Source: Candidatus Multivoradales bacterium
Lineage (GTDB): Bacteria; Acidobacteriota; Thermoanaerobaculia; Multivoradales; J023
NCBI GenBank assembly: GCA_965248925.1
Contig: CBDFLE010000006.1
Span: 3,808,001-3,872,000, forward strand
Direction: 5' to 3'
Length of the DNA: 64,000 nt
The translations under genes were made by a program, and so were the position numbers. How positions within the stretch are numbered: the first letter of the stretch is position 1; the number at the start of each line of letters is the position of its first letter. Under the pieces are notes generated by a model. It worked only from the letters and a program-made list of their open reading frames with translations, ran no database searches and was not told where the DNA came from. This document shows, piece by piece, positions 59,187 through 64,000 of this stretch.

Positions 59187-61760
59187 GTGTCAGCGTTCCA
59201 CAGTAGCAACCTCGATGCGCTCGAATCCACCTTGATTCGCGATCTCGCCCGTGTCCAATGGGAAGGCGTCGACGCCCTGCCAAAGTCCCTCGCGCGCCTA
59301 GCGGAAAGGTTGACAACTCTTCTGGAAGTTGCGGGCTCTGCCGTAGTCGCGTTCAACGACCAGACAGAGCTGCTCGCCGTCGCATCGAACGGCATGGATA
59401 TTACTCTCGATGACGAGAGGTTGAATGCCTTGCCAGTAAGACTGAGCAGTACTGATATGTGCTTTCTTACAGCGGTTGCTGCTGGCACTGATCGCGGCAT
59501 TCTGCTGGGGTTTGCTGCCCGACACAAGGGTACTCTCGCTGGCGCTATTCTGCTGCATGGCAGAGGACGTGGGCGGATCGAGACTCTCGCCAAGACAGTT
59601 ACCACGGCCGCTCCTTGGGTAGCCGAGACGGTTCAGGCCGCCAAGAAAACTGAAGCAGCGACCAAGGTCCAACAGCTCCAAGATCTCGCGCTGCGCGGCC
59701 TCGGTGCTGACCAACCCGATCTGGCGTTGATCGTCAGTTGTCTCGCCACGCTGTTCTCGGCTACTTCCTGCACATTGCTGCTCGAAGAGCCAGCCAATGC
59801 TACGCTGCGGCTGAGTGCCAGCACTGACTCCCGTCTTGGCCGGGGTGAGAACGGCAGAGGGCCGGTTGAGTATCAGCGAGGAGAAGGTCTTACTGGGTGG
59901 GTTTTTGATCGCGGTAGAGCCCTGCGTTTGGTGCGGGCTGGTGACGCTGGTGCGGTACTGAAAGCTACAGGGCTCAGGCGCGCGGGGCCACGGTTTGCAG
60001 AAAATGATGGAGATGGCGTGGAGGATACACAGTTTCTCGCCGTGCCAGTGCGTACTGCTGGAGAAACCTTCGGTGTCTTGCGGATGACCAGACCCTTTGC
60101 AGCCTCTCGTTTTTCGGGTGACGACGAGTCAGCACTCCAACATTTTGCTGGCATTCTGGGTATTGCACTCGAACCTAAGTGGAAGTTGCTTGTTGGGCAG
60201 ACCATCGAGGATTCGGAGGCAATTGCAATTGCCGTTACCCATCGCGAAAGACAAGAAGACGGTTCCTTTATTCCGCGACTCATCTTGTTTAACCCCGGGG
60301 CTGAGCGCATGCTTGGTTACAAAGACGGAGCAGCCTTGCGGCTGAACGCAGAAAATCTGTACGCGCCAGATGCGTATGGGCCAGTTCAGGACGCACTTGA
60401 AGCCAAACTTGCACAGGCCGAGGAGGCTGGGCATGCCGAATATGGGCCTGTTGATTCGGAGTTGCTCCACCGGAACGGATCTGTTCGCTCAGTCAAGATG
60501 TCCTACCGAATCTTTGCCGACCATCGGTTCCAACCGACAGAGATCTATACCATTGGCATTTTCCGTGATCGAACGGATAGCGCACGGCGCGAGGCGCAAC
60601 ACCGCCGTTTACTCGAGCTGCTTCGCGGTATGGGAATTGCTTACTTCCATGCCCGAATCGACGGTCGAACCCTGGAGACGTCTGCCGCTGAGGCGGATAT
60701 TCTTGGTTATTCTGAAGCCGACTTGCTGAGACTGGATCGTTCAGAGTTCTATGAGGATCCGCAAGATCGGATTAATCTGATGATGCGTGCTCAGACCGTG
60801 GATTCAGGCGAGTTGGTGCCGGTGCGCCAGCCATTGCGCCGCCAGGGTGGTGAGTTCATCAATACGACTGGCTATGTGCGTACCGTTCAAGAGACCCTCG
60901 ACCAACATGGTCAGGCGACGGTTGAGGGGCTTTACCGCGACGTCACACGGAGGCTTGAGATTCAGGGGTTTGTCGATGCGTCGAGAGAGCGGGTCGTGTC
61001 CGACGACGAGCTTTTTGCAAAGCTCAAAGAGCGCGATCAACATCAGCACGATTATCTGTCGGGCCTCGGGCACCAGCTCCTTACGCCGCTTGCTTCACTG
61101 GTTGGAAACCTTGATGATCTGCATTCCGGACTACTCCGAGACGCAGCCGAGATTGACGACAGTTTAGAATGGATTATTGGTCAGGCCAAGCAGTGCATGC
61201 GGATGGTGCGAAACCTGTCCTACATGGATAAGATTCTGCGTCAGGAAACGTTCCCTATGGGGAGGGTCTCCATGGCCAAGGTTTGCATTGCCACTCGCAA
61301 CGACTTCTTGCATCTTCTTGAGGAGAAGTGCTTGCGTCTGGATGTTGATGATCGAAGCTTACGGAAACACTTGACTGTTCGCGGGCACGAAGACCTCTTG
61401 CGGCAAGTTGTAGTCAATTTGGTAGACAACGCAATCAAGTATTCTCCCAAAGGATCCACGGTCGCGATCTATGGCTCGACAGTGTCGCAGGGCCAGGTGC
61501 TCCAGGTCAGCAACGAAGGGTTACCGATTCCTGCTGAGCTGCGAGCTAAGGTTTTTGAGCGCGGTTTCCGCACTGACCGTGCAAAGACTTGGGTCCCGCA
61601 CGGTACTGGCCTCGGCCTCTGGCTAGTGCGATTGATTCTCGAGGCCCACGCCGCCACCGCCTCCTGCGACGAGATCGAAGAGAACGGCCGACGTCGAACT
61701 TGTTTCAAATTGGTGTTTCCTAGCCCTGAGCGCAGCGCGATAGGAGGACATGATGAGTGA
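59187..61760 (+). CDS. Cytoplasmic GAF-PAS-PAS histidine kinase
   Basis: GEGLTGWV (GAF); FNPGAERMLGY and ILGYSE (PAS); GHQLLTPL H-box; NLVDNAIKYS, FERGFR, GTGLGL. Confidence 0.9.
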   Translation: MSAFHSSNLDALESTLIRDLARVQWEGVDALPKSLARLAERLTTLLEVAGSAVVAFNDQTELLAVASNGMDITLDDERLNALPVRLSSTDMCFLTAVAAGTDRGILLGFAARHKGTLAGAILLHGRGRGRIETLAKTVTTAAPWVAETVQAAKKTEAATKVQQLQDLALRGLGADQPDLALIVSCLATLFSATSCTLLLEEPANATLRLSASTDSRLGRGENGRGPVEYQRGEGLTGWVFDRGRALRLVRAGDAGAVLKATGLRRAGPRFAENDGDGVEDTQFLAVPVRTAGETFGVLRMTRPFAASRFSGDDESALQHFAGILGIALEPKWKLLVGQTIEDSEAIAIAVTHRERQEDGSFIPRLILFNPGAERMLGYKDGAALRLNAENLYAPDAYGPVQDALEAKLAQAEEAGHAEYGPVDSELLHRNGSVRSVKMSYRIFADHRFQPTEIYTIGIFRDRTDSARREAQHRRLLELLRGMGIAYFHARIDGRTLETSAAEADILGYSEADLLRLDRSEFYEDPQDRINLMMRAQTVDSGELVPVRQPLRRQGGEFINTTGYVRTVQETLDQHGQATVEGLYRDVTRRLEIQGFVDASRERVVSDDELFAKLKERDQHQHDYLSGLGHQLLTPLASLVGNLDDLHSGLLRDAAEIDDSLEWIIGQAKQCMRMVRNLSYMDKILRQETFPMGRVSMAKVCIATRNDFLHLLEEKCLRLDVDDRSLRKHLTVRGHEDLLRQVVVNLVDNAIKYSPKGSTVAIYGSTVSQGQVLQVSNEGLPIPAELRAKVFERGFRTDRAKTWVPHGTGLGLWLVRLILEAHAATASCDEIEENGRRRTCFKLVFPSPERSAIGGHDE

Positions 61761-62253
61761 ACGCAGGAAGGTCTTTATCGTCGATGACCAGGCCGGTGAG
61801 ATCAGGTCGCTGATTCGCCGCATCAAGAACCGAGGGTACGACTTGATGTTGGCGACCAACGAGCGTGAGGCCGAGCGAATGTTGCAGGAAGTCGCCGACC
61901 ACCCAAGCTCTTTTGTTGCGGCTATCTTCGATGTCATGGTGGCTACAGTAGATTTCGCCACGCTACTGGAGATGGATGACAGTGTCGACTTGGAGAGCAA
62001 GGTACTCGAGCCATCCGTCGATACCGGTCTTCGGCTTTGTCGTTATGCGCGCGAGAGGCTGCGGATCGCTGAGGCTGATCTACCGATCGCAGCTCTATCG
62101 GTCCGTACCGACGATGAGCTACGGGAGGCCCTCGGTCAACTCGGAGTCCCTCTCTACGATCGCACACAGATCGATGCTGAAGACGAGCGATCAATTATGC
62201 GGTTTGTAGAACAACACTTGCCACGGCGTGATGAAGAGTTCAGCTCGACTTAG
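61750..62253 (+). CDS. Stand-alone atypical receiver domain
   Basis: VFIVDD, IFDVMV, long insertion, LSV; Arg in place of the conserved Lys (YDR). Confidence 0.8.
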   Translation: MMSERRKVFIVDDQAGEIRSLIRRIKNRGYDLMLATNEREAERMLQEVADHPSSFVAAIFDVMVATVDFATLLEMDDSVDLESKVLEPSVDTGLRLCRYARERLRIAEADLPIAALSVRTDDELREALGQLGVPLYDRTQIDAEDERSIMRFVEQHLPRRDEEFSST

Positions 62254-62497
62254 GTTTGGAAGGGTCGATTTTTCTGTTTTCTAACTCTGTGACTGCTTCT
62301 GGTGATTCTGTTAGCGGCCGCCTTGGCACTGCCTGGAGATCTCGCTGGCTACCGCCGAGAGCCGCCAGTCGGCGAGCACTCTCTCTCGCGACGAGAGCCT
62401 CTAAGCCCGCTCGAACCAGCGCTGTCTTGCCACTTAGACCGGTCAGCAGCTGTGCCTCCCGAAGCAGCCTGTCGTCAATGTTGAGTGTCGTTCTCAT
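62240..62497 (-). CDS. Orphan VapB-type antitoxin
   Basis: MRTTLNIDDRLLREA..LTG..GKTALVRAGLEALVARESARRLAALGGS; no vapC downstream. Confidence 0.8.
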   Translation of the reverse strand: MRTTLNIDDRLLREAQLLTGLSGKTALVRAGLEALVARESARRLAALGGSQRDLQAVPRRPLTESPEAVTELENRKIDPSKPKSS

Positions 62498-62569
62498 GCA
62501 TATGAGTATGGTTCTAGAAGGCATACTCGTCAATAGGAGTTGAGGACTGGCTCCTTCGCTCGCCCTCAC

Positions 62570-64000
62570 TCAGAACTGAAAGTAAATGAAGCTGGTCTGC
62601 CCCCGCAGATAGACCAGACACAGCGCCAGCAGCAGGCCGAGACCCACGCCCTCAGCCGCCGCCATCCAGCCGGGTCGTCGGGCCGTTGCCGGGGTCAGCA
62701 GGCGCTGGCCGGCACGGCTGAGTCCAGGCATCGCCCATACCGCGACGGTGAGCAGGGCGGTGTGCAGGTAGAAGGTACCGGAGAGGGCGCGACTGCGGGA
62801 AATCCATGGGGTCAGGGCGCGGCTGATCAACTCGCCGGCTTGGCTCAGGTCGCTGGAGCGAAAGAGTAGCCAACCGAGGCTGACCAGAGCGAAGGTCAGT
62901 AGCACTGATGCCCCCCGCCGCCAGCGATTGCTTTGGCTGGCGGTGCCAGTTGCAGCGGGTCGGCGCGCTCGTAGCAGGTGGTACCCGGCGATCAGAAGGC
63001 CGTGGTAGAGGCCCCAGAGGACGAAGGTCCAGCCGGCACCGTGCCACAGGCCGCACAAGGTCATGGCGAGGATCGCAGCGCGGCAGAGGCCGGCCAGACC
63101 GGGGCGACGGCTGGCTAGGGGGAAGAAGAGGTAGTCGCGAATCCAGCGCGATAGGGAGATATGCCAGCGAGCCCAGAAGTCGACCGGCGAAGTCGCCGAG
63201 TAGGGGAAGTTGAAATTGTCGACCAGGCGCAGACCGCAGATCCGTGCCGAGCCGATGGCGATGCGGCTGTAGGCCGAGAAGTCGAAGTAGATCTGCAAAC
63301 CGAAAGCCGCCGCCATGATCCAGACATCGAAGCCTGACAACGCCGCGGGCGAACGGGCGAAGGCACGGTCGATGTGCGGCGCTAAGCCGTCGGCGAGGAC
63401 GATCTTGACCGCCAAGCCGGTGATCACCAGGCGGAGCCCACCGAGTACGTCCTCGGCGCTAGTGCGCCAGTCTTCGCCGAGCTGCGGTAGGAACTCCTTG
63501 GCGCGCATGATCGGGCCGGCGATGAGTTGGGGGAAGTAGGTGATGTAGAGCTGCAAATCCCAGAACGAGTGCAGCTGCTCGCGCTTGCGCATCAGGTCGA
63601 TGACGTAGCTGATTGCTTGAAATAGATAGAAGGAGATGCCCAGCGGCAGCACCAGATTGGCCGCTGGCAGCTGGCTGAATACACCGAACAATGCCAGGCC
63701 GTCGTTGGCGGAGGCGATCAGCCAGTCGAGGTATTTGAAGATCGCCAGCAGCAGCAGGTTGGCGGCCAGTAGCAGCCGTCCTCGCGGCCGTCGATCGGCT
63801 GCCGCTACCATCCACCGAGCGCCGAAATGGTTGAGGGTCACGGCGCCGAAAAGCAGCGCCAAGTAGGGCCAATGCCACGAGGCGTAGAAGACGTAGCTGG
63901 CGCCGAGCAGCCAGCCCTTACGCCAGCGGCGGCCGGGCAGGGCCGCGAAGATCACGCAGACCAGGGCCAGGAACAACCAGTAGGTGAGGCTGTTGAACCT
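62570..64000 (-). CDS. MBOAT O-acyltransferase (AlgI/DltB-like); start just outside the window
   Basis: LPLGISFY.FQ.ISY, FPQLIAGPI, QIYFDFS.YS, FW.RWHISLS.W, GLWHGA, C-terminal FIYFQF. Confidence 0.94.
   Translation of the reverse strand, partial: RFNSLTYWLFLALVCVIFAALPGRRWRKGWLLGASYVFYASWHWPYLALLFGAVTLNHFGARWMVAAADRRPRGRLLLAANLLLLAIFKYLDWLIASANDGLALFGVFSQLPAANLVLPLGISFYLFQAISYVIDLMRKREQLHSFWDLQLYITYFPQLIAGPIMRAKEFLPQLGEDWRTSAEDVLGGLRLVITGLAVKIVLADGLAPHIDRAFARSPAALSGFDVWIMAAAFGLQIYFDFSAYSRIAIGSARICGLRLVDNFNFPYSATSPVDFWARWHISLSRWIRDYLFFPLASRRPGLAGLCRAAILAMTLCGLWHGAGWTFVLWGLYHGLLIAGYHLLRARRPAATGTASQSNRWRRGASVLLTFALVSLGWLLFRSSDLSQAGELISRALTPWISRSRALSGTFYLHTALLTVAVWAMPGLSRAGQRLLTPATARRPGWMAAAEGVGLGLLLALCLVYLRGQTSFIYFQF

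Overview
GC-rich bacterial chromosome segment. An Acidobacteria-type VWA protein suggests Acidobacteriota (possibly Thermoanaerobaculia); this is inference. Core genes are tRNA-Val x2, thrS, rpmI and rplT (infC is missing), coaBC, ltaE, ribBA, an acetate uptake/activation set (DUF4212, SSS permease, acs) and a split surface-glycan/acylation cluster (MBOAT, FAAL, ACP, methyltransferase, nucleotidyltransferase, GT-C, wecB, DegT, CapK-like, PglC-like, PglF-like). Four accessory blocks interrupt them. (1) 3.3-16.2 kb: an IS, secreted proteins, and a duplicated HTH-TPR regulator module whose intact copy abuts an unannotated 35-aa peptide gene with repeated GPxIxxxG motifs, a candidate peptide-signalling system. 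(2) 31.3-38.8 kb: attC-bearing cassettes without an integrase, a graspetide-like RiPP cassette, three toxin-antitoxin pairs and a RAYT remnant with a REP, interrupted by IS3. (3) 42.8-47.9 kb: duplicated ArsI/CadI-SigZ and response regulator genes. (4) 56.3-62.5 kb: a nitrilase-fold / wHTH / GAF-PAS histidine kinase / receiver island. All calls come from motif recognition by eye; no database searches were run.
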